From a virus (lineage: Duplodnaviria > Heunggongvirae > Uroviricota > Caudoviricetes): DNA of 64,000 nucleotides. The DNA is taken from positions 1 to 64,000 of the IMG/VR virus record IMGVR_UViG_2684623133_000001. The stretch is one strand, 5' to 3'. The notes under the pieces were generated by a model. That model had not been told where the DNA came from, ran no database searches, and was given only the letters and a program-made list of their open reading frames with translations. Positions 8,612 through 18,503 of the stretch are shown here, piece by piece; position 1 is the stretch's first letter; the number at the start of each line of letters is the position of its first letter. The position numbers and the translations under genes are program-made.

Positions 8612-9813
8612 CCGTCACCGCCTACCAGCCCGTATCCGCTCCCACCCGTACCGCCACCAGCCAGGCGACGTCTGTGGAGCAGTCCCGCGCAATCGCCGAG
8701 GTTCAATCGGCTGTCATTGTCGCGCAACAGATTCCGCGCGACCTCAACCGCGCCGAGGCAGAGATGCGGGACGCGTGCAGCCGTTTGGCCATGGCCGTCC
8801 AAGCGTTCTACCAGGTACCCAACCGTGGCACCGGCCCGTCTGTTCACCTAATGCGCGAGCTGGCCCGGGTATGGGGCAACGTCCAGTACGGCGTCAACGA
8901 ATTGCACCGCGACGACACCAGGGGGGAATCAGAGATCCTGGCCTGGGCGTGGGACGTCCAAACCAACACCCGAGCCACCCGCACCTTCATCGTCCCGCAC
9001 GCCCGCATGGCCCGCGGTCGCCGCGAAGAGCTGACCGACCTCGGCGACATCACCAATAACAACAACAACGCTGGCGCCCGCGCCGTACGCGAGTGCATCA
9101 GCGCGATCCTGCCCAAGTGGTTCACCGAGGAAGCACAAAACCGGTGCCGCGCCACCCTCGAAAACGGCGAGGGCGTCCCACTCAGTGAGCGCATCGAGAA
9201 GATGGTCACCGAGTTCCGCAAGCAGCTGGGCATCACCGAGGCCCAGATGGAAGCCCGGATCGGAAAGAAGCGCGGGGCCTGGGACGCAGGGGACGTCGCC
9301 CAGATGGGCATCACCTACACCTCCATCACCCGCGACGGGCTCGACAAAAACGAGGCATTCCCGGCCGCGGCATCGTCACTGGCCGACGAAATCACCGCAG
9401 CGGCAGCAGAGAAGAAGCAACCAGAAACGGACCCCGAGGCATCTACGACCGGTGATCTGGCACCCGACGACCAGCGCGCTACCGAGCGCGAGGGTGCTAC
9501 AGAGCCCGGGGCCGAGGAGGTCCCCGCGCCGGGCGGTGGTGACCCCACGCCGCCGCCCGGCAGCGGCACGTCTGACGGGGACGACCCGGCAGAGGTCAAC
9601 AGCTGCGGCGATTTCCTGGCCACGAAGAAGGACGTCGGCACTATCCGCGGCCTTCTCGCCAACGCCAAGTACTCGTTCCGCACCAAGGAATCCGCTGCCG
9701 ACGCACTGGCCTACCTCAAGACGGTCATCGGCAGGGACATATCGGACATCAACCACCTGTCCGAGTCAGAAGCGGCAGCCATCATCACCGCACTCAACAA
9801 CAAGGAGAACTAA
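8608..9813 (+). CDS. recT: RecT-family single-strand annealing recombinase
   Basis: 402 aa from a GTG start. The RecT-like N-terminal two thirds precede an acidic, Pro/Gly-rich tail. Paired with the upstream exonuclease. Confidence 0.65.
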   Translation: MTVTAYQPVSAPTRTATSQATSVEQSRAIAEVQSAVIVAQQIPRDLNRAEAEMRDACSRLAMAVQAFYQVPNRGTGPSVHLMRELARVWGNVQYGVNELHRDDTRGESEILAWAWDVQTNTRATRTFIVPHARMARGRREELTDLGDITNNNNNAGARAVRECISAILPKWFTEEAQNRCRATLENGEGVPLSERIEKMVTEFRKQLGITEAQMEARIGKKRGAWDAGDVAQMGITYTSITRDGLDKNEAFPAAASSLADEITAAAAEKKQPETDPEASTTGDLAPDDQRATEREGATEPGAEEVPAPGGGDPTPPPGSGTSDGDDPAEVNSCGDFLATKKDVGTIRGLLANAKYSFRTKESAADALAYLKTVIGRDISDINHLSESEAAAIITALNNKEN

Positions 9814-9817
9814 CCAA

Positions 9818-10705
9818 ATGTCCTGGGAATTCGTAACATTCCTCATCGTCGGCGGCATCGCATTGCTGCTATTTCTCGGTGGTCTAGGCGTCAAATTCTT
9901 AGACCGAAACTCTGAGGGCGCTATCGCCTCGATGGGCACCGGGCTCATCGGCATCCTGATTGCCTTCGCGGTCCTCCTCATCGGCTGCTTCACGGTCGTA
10001 GGCACCCGCAAGGTCGGAATCGAGACCGTCTTCGGGCGGCCCTCCGGCGAAACGCTTTCCAACGGCTTCCACTGGAAGAAGCCGTGGGCGACGGTCGACG
10101 AGATGGACGCAGCAGTCCAGATCGACAAGTACGAGGGCAACGGCCGCATCAAGGTCCGGCTGGGCAACTCGTCCACCGCCGACGCTGACGTATCCGTGCG
10201 CTGGCAGATCAAACAGGACGCCGCCGACGAGCTGTACGTGCAATACCGGTCATTCGACAACGTCCGTACCAACCTGATTACCCGCAACCTCCAGGTCTCA
10301 CTCAACGACGTGTTCTCCAAGCTCGACCCGCTGGCAACCAAGTGGGCCAACGGGTTACCGCTGGAGACCTTCGCCAAGGAAGCGTCTGAGAAGCTGCGCG
10401 CCTTGGTAGGTGACCAGGTCGACATCCTGGACGTCGCCGTCCCCACCATCGACTACGACGACGGTACCGAGGCCCGTATCAACGAGCTGAACGCAGAGCG
10501 TGCGAACACCGCGAAGGCCGAGCAGGCGAAGAAGACGGCCACCGAACAGGCCGAAGCCAACCGCATCCTCTCCTCGTCAGTGTCCAACGACCCCAACGTG
10601 ATTGTGCAGAACTGCATCACCAAGGCACTGGACAAGAGCATGTCGCCGTGGGGCTGCTGGCCCGGCACCGGCGCACTCGCCACCATCCCCGCACCCATCA
10701 AGTAA
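9818..10705 (+). CDS. SPFH/band-7 (stomatin/prohibitin-like) membrane protein
   Basis: Two N-terminal hydrophobic helices, then a band-7 core (GIETVFGRPSGETLSNGFHWKKPWATVDEMD...) and a coiled-coil Ala/Glu-rich tail. Confidence 0.65.
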   Translation: MSWEFVTFLIVGGIALLLFLGGLGVKFLDRNSEGAIASMGTGLIGILIAFAVLLIGCFTVVGTRKVGIETVFGRPSGETLSNGFHWKKPWATVDEMDAAVQIDKYEGNGRIKVRLGNSSTADADVSVRWQIKQDAADELYVQYRSFDNVRTNLITRNLQVSLNDVFSKLDPLATKWANGLPLETFAKEASEKLRALVGDQVDILDVAVPTIDYDDGTEARINELNAERANTAKAEQAKKTATEQAEANRILSSSVSNDPNVIVQNCITKALDKSMSPWGCWPGTGALATIPAPIK

Positions 10706-10731
10706 CACCCCACGAAAGGAACACCGCCCAT

Positions 10732-11097
10732 ATGACCACTCCAGCCCCCGAGGAAGAGGACCGGGTACGCCCGTTCGCCGACTTCCTGCGGGAACTCCAG
10801 AAGGGCCGCGTGCACGACGAGCTGTCCGACGGCCTCAAGGAAGTCGTCGCCGCCGTCCGCGCGACCGGCAAGGCCGGATCACTCACGTTGAAGCTCAGCG
10901 TTTCTGAGCAGGCCAACACTTCCATGTTGGTCATCAAAGACGACGTGACCGTCAAGGCGCCACAGGCCGACCGCCAGGTATCCCTCTGGTTCGTCGACCG
11001 CGAGGGCAACGTCACCCGCACCGACCCGGCGCAACTCCAATTCGAGTCCATGAAAGCGGTCGCCGAGAGCACCACGAACATCCGAAAGGAAGCCTGA
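10732..11097 (+). CDS. Hypothetical protein
   Basis: 121-aa ORF in frame with track 10648..11097. Confidence 0.45.
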   Translation: MTTPAPEEEDRVRPFADFLRELQKGRVHDELSDGLKEVVAAVRATGKAGSLTLKLSVSEQANTSMLVIKDDVTVKAPQADRQVSLWFVDREGNVTRTDPAQLQFESMKAVAESTTNIRKEA

Positions 11098-11100
11098 CCC

Positions 11101-11925
11101 ATGACCGACGAAATCCGCACCGAGGCAGACGCTGTCGCCGAACTCACCAACGCGGCGGAGCGGCACCGCACCGAGCAGGTAGTGCCCGACACCGCGCACA
11201 TCCTGTCGTACGTCACAAACGAAGACGAACACCGCGAGTTCGACTCGTTGGAGCGGTTCCTGCCGAACCCACGCCGCGACCGCGGCACCACCACCGTGCT
11301 TGACGTCGACAGCTTCAACAAGCTGAGCGACGGCGCTCTGCAACTCGACGCCGTCGCGTACGCCGACCGCGGCCCCAGCCGCATCACCGCGGTCCTGAAC
11401 GACAAGGGCTGGCGTGACCACCGCATCGTGGTGGCGCTACAGCTGTCCCGTGAGTGGAACCACTGGGCGGCGGCCGACGGCAAGCTGCTCAACCAGATTC
11501 AGTTCGCCGAGCACATAGAGGACGGCCTGGCGGCCATCACCTCGCCACCGGCAGCGGACCTGATGGAGGTCGTGCAGAACTTCCAGACGAAACGCAAGGT
11601 CGAGTTCCAGTCCGGCCACCGCACCCAGTCCGGCGAAGTGCAGTTCCAGTACAAGGAGGAGGCCACCGCCACCGCTGGCGGCAAGGGCGGACACATCGAG
11701 GTGCCCGAGCACTTCACCCTCCGCATCCCCGTCTACGAACGCGGCGACGTGTACGACCTCACCGCGCGCCTGCGGTTCCGCATCGGACAGGACGGCTTGC
11801 TCCTCGGCTACAAGCTGGACCGTGCCGGGGACGTCAAGGACGCAGCGTTCGACGCCGAGGTGGCGAAGCTGGCCGTCATCAAGTCCGTGTTCGGTCCCGC
11901 GCCCGACACGATCCGCGAGCTGTGA
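11101..11925 (+). CDS. Hypothetical protein, DUF2303/YfdQ-like
   Basis: 274-aa ORF whose sequence resembles the phage YfdQ family. Assigned from memory, not searched. Confidence 0.4.
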   Translation: MTDEIRTEADAVAELTNAAERHRTEQVVPDTAHILSYVTNEDEHREFDSLERFLPNPRRDRGTTTVLDVDSFNKLSDGALQLDAVAYADRGPSRITAVLNDKGWRDHRIVVALQLSREWNHWAAADGKLLNQIQFAEHIEDGLAAITSPPAADLMEVVQNFQTKRKVEFQSGHRTQSGEVQFQYKEEATATAGGKGGHIEVPEHFTLRIPVYERGDVYDLTARLRFRIGQDGLLLGYKLDRAGDVKDAAFDAEVAKLAVIKSVFGPAPDTIREL

Positions 11926-11945
11926 GCAGGAGGAAGGAGTTCCCG

Positions 11946-12323
11946 TTGGTGGCGGTGTTAGCCGTCACCAACGGACTCCCTGAAGGCGCCATCTGCACCG
12001 TGGTGCAGGTGCAGGACCTGTTGTCGCACATGACGGGCAACCGGATCTTCTTGCACCAGATACCGCGTGCGAAAGACGTGTGCGGCAAGTTCCTCCGCGA
12101 CCAGCACACCTGGCTAGACAACACCTGTCCCTCGTCGGAGCAGCTGGCAGACGTCGCCAAGTTGCGGCGCTGGGCGAATGCAGTCCAGAAGGTGCGCGGC
12201 GAAACGGTGAAGGTAAGCGTGTTGCCTGGGGACGCCTACACGTACATGGACCCAATCATCGAGAACGCGGTCAACATCAAGGCCGCGGAGCAAGCCGCCA
12301 AGGAGAAGGCGGCGGCAGGGTGA
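11946..12323 (+). CDS. Hypothetical protein
   Basis: AGGAGG RBS at about 11928, then a TTG/GTG start. In frame with track 11454..12323. Confidence 0.4.
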   Translation: MVAVLAVTNGLPEGAICTVVQVQDLLSHMTGNRIFLHQIPRAKDVCGKFLRDQHTWLDNTCPSSEQLADVAKLRRWANAVQKVRGETVKVSVLPGDAYTYMDPIIENAVNIKAAEQAAKEKAAAG

Positions 12324-12598
12324 CCACACACACCGCCACCGGCTACCTGATCTTGGAGGCGTCGCGCGGCTACCGCACAGGCGACGACGGACTCAAGGTC
12401 GTCAACGGCCTGCGCATCGCCGGGTACCGGGCCAACCGCCCGGCGAAGCTGGCGCGCGACCAGATCACTGTCAAGGTTGGGGTCACCGTTGATGCTGCCG
12501 AGTTCTCGCCCATAACAGCAGAAATCGCGGTCACCCTCGCCCCGTCACAGGTAATCCACCCGGTCATTGAAGCCCTAGACCCAGCCAAGGAGCCCTGA
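12320..12598 (+). CDS. Hypothetical protein
   Basis: GTGA coupling. Confidence 0.4.
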   Translation: MTTHTATGYLILEASRGYRTGDDGLKVVNGLRIAGYRANRPAKLARDQITVKVGVTVDAAEFSPITAEIAVTLAPSQVIHPVIEALDPAKEP

Positions 12599-12894
12599 TG
12601 GCCATCCTCACCCAGGCCGACATGTTCCCCACAGCCAAGCGGAACACCCTCAACTACCGGGGCGACATCGCCGACCACGTCATGAGTGTCAACCAGCGAT
12701 GGGGGCCGGACATCTTCGGTGCCCTCTACACACCGGTGGCCGCGGTCTACGACCCCGAGGCCGATCAGACAAAGGTCACCTTCCGGTCTATCCCACGCCC
12801 ACAACCACAACGCGCCCACCAGCGCGACGAGATCCCGTTGGCACACCCGGACGGCAACCGGCGCCAGCGCCGACACAAGGGGAAGAAACATTGA
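12598..12894 (+). CDS. Hypothetical protein
   Basis: ATGA coupling. 98 aa. Confidence 0.4.
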   Translation: MAILTQADMFPTAKRNTLNYRGDIADHVMSVNQRWGPDIFGALYTPVAAVYDPEADQTKVTFRSIPRPQPQRAHQRDEIPLAHPDGNRRQRRHKGKKH

Positions 12895-13235
12895 CCACCA
12901 ACGACATTGAACGCGCCGTCAACGCGCTCCTAGACCTGTCCGGCCGCATGGTCCGAAGCATCGCCGACCAGATCGAGGCCACCTCCAAGACCTTCGACAC
13001 CGACAAACTTATGCAACGCCTCACTGGCGGCACGGATGAGCCACCAGAACGCGTGCATTTCGAGACCCTACTGCGCTGCGCCTACTGCAAGGCTTCCCTA
13101 AAAGTCAAGACTGGCCACAGCCCGTTTGAAGCCTGGATATGCCAAGCCTGCGCCCGCACCTGGCACAACTGGGACGGCGTTGCCCCGACCGTCGCCGCCC
13201 GCCTCCGCGTGACCGGAGCGGGTGATCGTCTATGA
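12891..13235 (+). CDS. Hypothetical protein with C-terminal Cys cluster
   Basis: TTGA coupling. CAYC...CQAC. Confidence 0.35.
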   Translation: MTTNDIERAVNALLDLSGRMVRSIADQIEATSKTFDTDKLMQRLTGGTDEPPERVHFETLLRCAYCKASLKVKTGHSPFEAWICQACARTWHNWDGVAPTVAARLRVTGAGDRL

Positions 13236-13840
13236 CCGCGCCCACCAACAAGGGATGGCTACGCAAGTGGCTGCGCCTAGAACCACACCAACCTATCGGT
13301 GCAGAAGGCGAGGCGCCGTACCTATTGCGCTGGTATGTAATCCCTCGCAACCGGTGGCTCAACATCTACCTCCACAAGTTCCTGCGTGATGACGATGACC
13401 GCGCCCTGCACGACCACCCCTGGTGGTTCCTGTCCCTGATGCTGTGGGGGCAGTACGTCGAGGTCACCGACGAAGGCCGCACGGTGCGCTCGGCGCCGGA
13501 GCCATGGCGCTGGTTCTGGGGCGACCATCCACTAGCGTTCCGGCCCGCCAAATGGACGCACCGCGTCGAGCTGATCAGCACCAGCGTGCAAGACCGTTAC
13601 GAGGACGGCACATGGGCCAGGAGCGCCACCCGGCACAAGCTGCCGTGCTGGACGCTAATTATCACCGGCCGCCGGTCCCGGCTATGGGGATTCTGGTGCC
13701 GCCGCCTCGTTGACCTGCGGGGGCTGGAAGCTATCGACGACGAGCTGGACCGGGTCGTGGCATCCACTGACGGTCAGGCCCTTGTCGAACGGTTCGTGCC
13801 GTGGGACGAGTTCGACGACGCCGGATGCGGTGAGTCGTGA
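13232..13840 (+). CDS. Hypothetical protein (HDHPW motif; possible metal-binding fold)
   Basis: 202-aa ORF. Confidence 0.4.
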   Translation: MTAPTNKGWLRKWLRLEPHQPIGAEGEAPYLLRWYVIPRNRWLNIYLHKFLRDDDDRALHDHPWWFLSLMLWGQYVEVTDEGRTVRSAPEPWRWFWGDHPLAFRPAKWTHRVELISTSVQDRYEDGTWARSATRHKLPCWTLIITGRRSRLWGFWCRRLVDLRGLEAIDDELDRVVASTDGQALVERFVPWDEFDDAGCGES

Positions 13841-14265
13841 TGCACAACGAGCTTCCAGCCGCCGAGACGACACCGACCGGACGTGTGTTGCAGATCGTGT
13901 TCTACGAGCGCATCTCTCAGAACGCGAAGTGGGGCGACCAGAACCACCCGAACGTCGAAACTGTGCTCACGCAGCGGCCGGGTGGTTGCACGCCGGAACG
14001 CATGGCGGAGGAGTACGGCATACCGAGCGCGATGCGCGCAAAGTACATGTGCCAAAAGGCCGCCAGGGAAGGCGAACCTACCTGGGCACACATCCTCGTC
14101 GAAGAGGTTGCAGAGGCCATCGAGGCGGCAACCCACCTCGACCGCGCAGCACACCTGGACTCCGACGCCTTCGACGCACTGCGCCAACGACTCCATGCCG
14201 AGCTGATCCAAACAGCCGCGGTAGCCGTCGCCTGGGCCGAGAAGATTGGAGGGGCAGATAAGTGA
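13837..14265 (+). CDS. MazG-like nucleoside triphosphate pyrophosphohydrolase
   Basis: ISQNAKWGDQNHP and the EEVAEAIEA EExxE motif. Confidence 0.55.
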   Translation: MMHNELPAAETTPTGRVLQIVFYERISQNAKWGDQNHPNVETVLTQRPGGCTPERMAEEYGIPSAMRAKYMCQKAAREGEPTWAHILVEEVAEAIEAATHLDRAAHLDSDAFDALRQRLHAELIQTAAVAVAWAEKIGGADK

Positions 14266-14729
14266 AGATCATTGACACACAACGCGAATGGATAGCCGTC
14301 TGCATCGACTGCCCGTCCCCGCCCGGTGAGGACGAGGCTACCTGGGCGTTTCCAGGTACCGACGAAGGCCAGAAGCATGCGGACGCCTTTGCGAAACGCC
14401 ACAACTCGCTGCAAGGGCACCGGACCCATGTCAACGAGCAGTTCGTGGTCACAGCCAGTAAATACGAAGGGCCGCACCTCCTCTACGTGGACCCGCTGCG
14501 TGTTGGTGATGCCGGTGACACCGCCGCGTCGATAGGTGAGAGGGTCACCCACACAACGGTATTCACCGGGCGACCTGCGGTGTACTACCTCGCCACCTGC
14601 CAGGAGTGCGTCGATATGAAGCTCCCGTTTGACACCGAGAACGACCGCGACCTATGGGCCGACACCCACCACGCGGGCACCGGCCACGACGTCGCACCGT
14701 CCGTCGAGATAGGGCCGGAGGAGGACTGA
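14262..14729 (+). CDS. Hypothetical protein
   Basis: GTG start. 155 aa. Confidence 0.4.
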   Translation: MKIIDTQREWIAVCIDCPSPPGEDEATWAFPGTDEGQKHADAFAKRHNSLQGHRTHVNEQFVVTASKYEGPHLLYVDPLRVGDAGDTAASIGERVTHTTVFTGRPAVYYLATCQECVDMKLPFDTENDRDLWADTHHAGTGHDVAPSVEIGPEED

Positions 14730-15049
14730 TGCCACCGATCAAGGTGAAGATCGTTCTGACAGCGGTCGTTTGCGACCACTGCAATACGTATTTCGGTGTG
14801 CCTCTGTGGCTTAGCGGGTCGCCGTTCCACTGCCCGCTTGGCCACCTCAACACCGCCCGCGAGTTCGAGAGGGACGAGCCCGCCGAATTGGACCCGGACG
14901 CCGAGCCGGTCTGCGACGAGTGCGACGAAGCCATCTATCAGCACATACACAACGACGGTCACTGGTACCACCGCGAGTCCGGCCAGCCCTGGTGCTACCG
15001 CGACCCCCAGCACACCGAAGTTGCACACCCCCGAAGGACACCACGATGA
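14729..15049 (+). CDS. Hypothetical Cys-rich protein
   Basis: CDHCN...CPLGH...CDECDE. Confidence 0.4.
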   Translation: MPPIKVKIVLTAVVCDHCNTYFGVPLWLSGSPFHCPLGHLNTAREFERDEPAELDPDAEPVCDECDEAIYQHIHNDGHWYHRESGQPWCYRDPQHTEVAHPRRTPR

Positions 15050-15249
15050 AGCGCATACCCCGTAACAGGTTGGTGCGTATCGGCGGGGGCACGAAGGTCT
15101 ACCGCGTCCATATCGCGCCTCGTGTCGGCGACGAGGGCGAGTACTACCTGACAGCCGATGCCGACCACCCCGAAGCCGCCAAGCGGGTTCCCGATGCGTT
15201 CCGCTGGTACAAACGCGACGAACTGCACCCAGTCGAGACGGGTATCTGA
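15046..15249 (+). CDS. Hypothetical small protein
   Basis: 67 aa. Coupled. Confidence 0.35.
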   Translation: MKRIPRNRLVRIGGGTKVYRVHIAPRVGDEGEYYLTADADHPEAAKRVPDAFRWYKRDELHPVETGI

Positions 15250-15458
15250 TGGCCAACACCGTCAACCTCCGCACCGGCACATACCGATCCGGGGACGGCA
15301 TCACCTTCATCGTCGCCGACGACGACCTCGGACCGTGCGGCATAACTGACTGCGCCACCCCCGCCATGATCGCCATCGACTTGGGCGGCCAAGGCGGCGC
15401 CCGCTGCCCCGAGCACTACCAACCATGGGCCGAAAACCCAACGGAGACACAACCATGA
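15249..15458 (+). CDS. Hypothetical small protein
   Basis: 69 aa. Coupled. Confidence 0.35.
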   Translation: MANTVNLRTGTYRSGDGITFIVADDDLGPCGITDCATPAMIAIDLGGQGGARCPEHYQPWAENPTETQP

Positions 15459-16042
15459 CACCCGAGAATATGCTCGAAGTATCGACCCGTAACCACCAGA
15501 TGAAGGTCCTGCGCGACAACGGCCTATACCGGCATATACGGTTTGCCGAACCAGGTACCGGTATATGGCGCTTCGACCTCGTTACATGGCCTGGCCACCT
15601 GGTGATCACCGGCGATCTAGAGGACTTCCACTTCGCCCGTATCGAGGACATGTTCGAGTTCTTCCGCAATCCCGTTGGATACATCAATCCGCAGTACTGG
15701 GCCGAGAAGCTACGCGGCCCGGTGCGGTCGATGTCGTTCTCCCAAGAGGTGTTCAAGCGCCTTGTGTACGAACATTTTCGCGACTGGTGCCGATGGAACG
15801 ACGGACCGCATCGACCGCTCTGGCGGGCCATCTGCAATGAAGTACTTCTCGACGAATACGGCGAGATGGGCGACGAGACCATGGCGCACCACGCGCTAAC
15901 CCAGTTCCGTCACGGCGATTTCGAGTTCACCGACAGCTGGGAATGGGAACTCAAAGACTACGACTTCCACTTCCTCGTTGCGCTGCACGCCATCGTGTGG
16001 GGCATCAACCGGTACGACGCGGCCAAGGCGGCGGCAGCGTAA
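15455..16042 (+). CDS. Hypothetical protein
   Basis: 195 aa. Confidence 0.4.
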   Translation: MTPENMLEVSTRNHQMKVLRDNGLYRHIRFAEPGTGIWRFDLVTWPGHLVITGDLEDFHFARIEDMFEFFRNPVGYINPQYWAEKLRGPVRSMSFSQEVFKRLVYEHFRDWCRWNDGPHRPLWRAICNEVLLDEYGEMGDETMAHHALTQFRHGDFEFTDSWEWELKDYDFHFLVALHAIVWGINRYDAAKAAAA

Positions 16043-16935
16043 TGGGTGACAAGACCGGCATCGAATGGACAGACGCCACGTGGAATCCGACAACCGGATG
16101 CGACAAAGTCTCTCCTGGCTGCGACAACTGCTACGCAATGACTCTGGCAAAACGGTTGAAGGCCATGGGATCTCCCCGATACCAGGTAGACGGAGACCCG
16201 GAAACGTCAGGTCCCGGCTTCGGCGTTACCGTCCACCCAACCGCGCTCGACCAGGCGCTGCGATGGACACGACCTCGCCGCATATTCGTCAACAGTATGT
16301 CGGACCTGTTCCACACCAGGGTGCCTGACGAGTACATCGCCCGCGTGTTCGCCGTCATGGCGCTGGCGCCGCGGCACACGTTCCAGCTGCTCACGAAGCG
16401 CCACGGGCGCATGCGGGCGCTCTTGAATTCACGAGACTTTCTCCAGTTGGTGTGGGACGCCTGGAGTGTGGAAAACGGTCCTGACGAATCCGAATCGCTC
16501 GGGACCGACCCAGCCGAGCGCTGGCCGCTACCCAACGTCTGGTTGGGCGTGAGCGCCGAGGACCAGAAGCGGGCCGATCTCCGCATCCCGGCCCTGTACG
16601 ACACTCCGGCCGCTGTGCGGTTCGTCAGCGCCGAGCCACTACTGGGTCTGATTGATACGACGACTTCCGGGCTCCTCGCCCGCGACGAATTCGACCGCGG
16701 TATCGACTGGATGATCGTCGGCGGCGAGTCCGGGCCAGGCGCGCGGCCAATGCACCTCGACTGGGCCAAACAACTCCGCGACCAGTGCGAGGAGGCCGGT
16801 GTCGCGTTCCATATGAAGCAGTACGGCGAGCACCTGGCGCGCGCGCTGAAACTCAAGGACCGGAAGGGCGGCGATCCCGCAGAATGGCCCGAACAGTTCC
16901 CGAGGGAGTATCCGGTCCAGGCGGCGAAATGCTGA
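16042..16935 (+). CDS. Phage Gp37/Gp68-family (DUF5131) protein
   Basis: N-terminal IEWTDATWNPTTGCDKVSPGCDNCYA resembles this family. Confidence 0.5.
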   Translation: MGDKTGIEWTDATWNPTTGCDKVSPGCDNCYAMTLAKRLKAMGSPRYQVDGDPETSGPGFGVTVHPTALDQALRWTRPRRIFVNSMSDLFHTRVPDEYIARVFAVMALAPRHTFQLLTKRHGRMRALLNSRDFLQLVWDAWSVENGPDESESLGTDPAERWPLPNVWLGVSAEDQKRADLRIPALYDTPAAVRFVSAEPLLGLIDTTTSGLLARDEFDRGIDWMIVGGESGPGARPMHLDWAKQLRDQCEEAGVAFHMKQYGEHLARALKLKDRKGGDPAEWPEQFPREYPVQAAKC

Positions 16936-17390
16936 TGACGGCCAGGGACGTGCTTGCCGCACTGCGGCTCCACCACGACAAGGCGGCCCTGGTCCAGGAG
17001 GTCGTGATCGCCGACGATTACCCGTACTGGCTGGACGATGACGAGGCCGTCAAACGAGACCCGTTGACCCGGCGTATCGACGCGCTCATGTTCGACACGA
17101 GCCTGGTGCGTACCGCTATCGAGATCAAGGTGTCCAGGGCGGACGTTGCGCGCGAGTCGTGGCGGAAGGTCTACCCATGGCGTCGGGTTGTTCACCGGTT
17201 TGTGTACGCCGTCCCCGCGGGATTGATCGAGCATCCGCCGGTCTACGGGTGCGGCCTGTGGTGGGTCCACCCGGACGGACGTATTGAGGTCCGGCGTAGG
17301 GCAAAGGTCAACAACGCGCCAGAGCCACTGCCGCAACACGTAATACGGGCTCTTGCGTACCGAGCGGCCGGGCGGGCGGTTCCCGAATGA
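16929..17390 (+). CDS. Putative PD-(D/E)XK-type nuclease (MmcB/VRR-NUC-like)
   Basis: RIDALMFD...AIEIKVSRAD is a D...E-x-K arrangement. Confidence 0.35.
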   Translation: MLMTARDVLAALRLHHDKAALVQEVVIADDYPYWLDDDEAVKRDPLTRRIDALMFDTSLVRTAIEIKVSRADVARESWRKVYPWRRVVHRFVYAVPAGLIEHPPVYGCGLWWVHPDGRIEVRRRAKVNNAPEPLPQHVIRALAYRAAGRAVPE

Positions 17391-17740
17391 GCGAGAAGCA
17401 GTTCGTGACGGAGACCGAGGGAAACCTGCTGGTGAACGTGCACCCGATGGACAACTGCGCCGGGACCCTGTGCGTGATCCACAACCCGTCCGACCACCAC
17501 ATGCGAGCCTGGCCGCTGGTATGGCGCAACGACCGGAAGCTGTTCGAGCGCACCTGCCCTCACGGTGTTGGCCACCCTGACCCCGACCAGTTCGGGTACT
17601 GGGAGAAGGCGCGTAGGGCGTGGCGGCCACCGGTAAACGCGGACGTGATCGACGGACCCGAGGTATCGAACCCATACGACGGCATGGGGATTCACGGCTG
17701 CGACGGCTGCTGTGGCGGCGGGGAGGAAGTCAGCAAGTGA
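17387..17740 (+). CDS. Hypothetical Cys/His-rich protein
   Basis: 117 aa. Confidence 0.35.
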   Translation: MSEKQFVTETEGNLLVNVHPMDNCAGTLCVIHNPSDHHMRAWPLVWRNDRKLFERTCPHGVGHPDPDQFGYWEKARRAWRPPVNADVIDGPEVSNPYDGMGIHGCDGCCGGGEEVSK

Positions 17741-18090
17741 GTGGCGGCAGCTTCAACTACCTGTACTCGGACGACCTAGATGAAGTCATGTGCCACATGT
17801 CCACCCTCAACGACATGGCCGACGCCCTCGACTCGTCCTTTCCGGGGACTCGCGCCGCACGGGACACCCGTGCACTCATCGCCCGCATTAACGAGGCCTT
17901 CACCGCGTGGGAGTCCGAGCAGATGACGGCGTTACGGGATGTCTGGCACGACGTCGAGTGGTGGACATCCATGGACTACAGCCGAGATAAGGCACAGGCG
18001 GCCGTCGACAACTACCGCAGCAACCACAACGGGCTGCTCAGCTGGGCGCCCATGTCCGGCAACGCAACCCATGACAAGGAGACAGCGTGA
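17737..18090 (+). CDS. Hypothetical protein
   Basis: GTG start. Coupled. Confidence 0.35.
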   Translation: MSGGSFNYLYSDDLDEVMCHMSTLNDMADALDSSFPGTRAARDTRALIARINEAFTAWESEQMTALRDVWHDVEWWTSMDYSRDKAQAAVDNYRSNHNGLLSWAPMSGNATHDKETA

Positions 18091-18503
18091 ACCTCAACGC
18101 GACACTGAACACTGGCGCACCGGTCCAGACCCCGCCGGAAGTTCCACCTGAATATCTGGACGGCCGTGTGACCGTAAGTGACACCGAGCTGGCCGCCATG
18201 ATCGTTTGGCTACAGAAGGAGATACCCGACTTCCCAAAGAAGCTGGAGTACAACACCGCCAAACACTTAGTGGTCGGGTTGCTCCGCGCCCTCAACGTCA
18301 AGCGCCTGGGCTACGCCGAGGGCAGCGTGGCCGTACACACAGACGGTCGCCTGGCCCGTCGCTACTACTCGGCCGCCGAGAAGCGGTTGACCTGGTTAGT
18401 GATTCAACCTCCCAGCGACGCGCAACTGGAGGTAGACAGCGGCACCGAGCTGCCAGGTTTCAGCTGGACCGTCCACCCCGTGGAATGGGCCGTGACCCAG
18501 TGA
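18087..18503 (+). CDS. Hypothetical protein
   Basis: GTG start. 138 aa. Confidence 0.35.
   Translation: MNLNATLNTGAPVQTPPEVPPEYLDGRVTVSDTELAAMIVWLQKEIPDFPKKLEYNTAKHLVVGLLRALNVKRLGYAEGSVAVHTDGRLARRYYSAAEKRLTWLVIQPPSDAQLEVDSGTELPGFSWTVHPVEWAVTQ

Noticed and set aside
9055-9072. AAT(AAC)4 trinucleotide repeat encoding NNNNN inside recT
   Set aside because: It is short and in frame. It is probably just a flexible linker and is not reported as a separate finding.
16131-17675. 514-aa minus-strand ORF in the track
   Set aside because: It is antisense to several plus-strand genes with recognisable motifs (DUF5131, PD-(D/E)XK). It is typical of stop-codon-poor antisense frames in 65% GC DNA. Its protein is low-complexity and Arg/Pro/Ser-rich.
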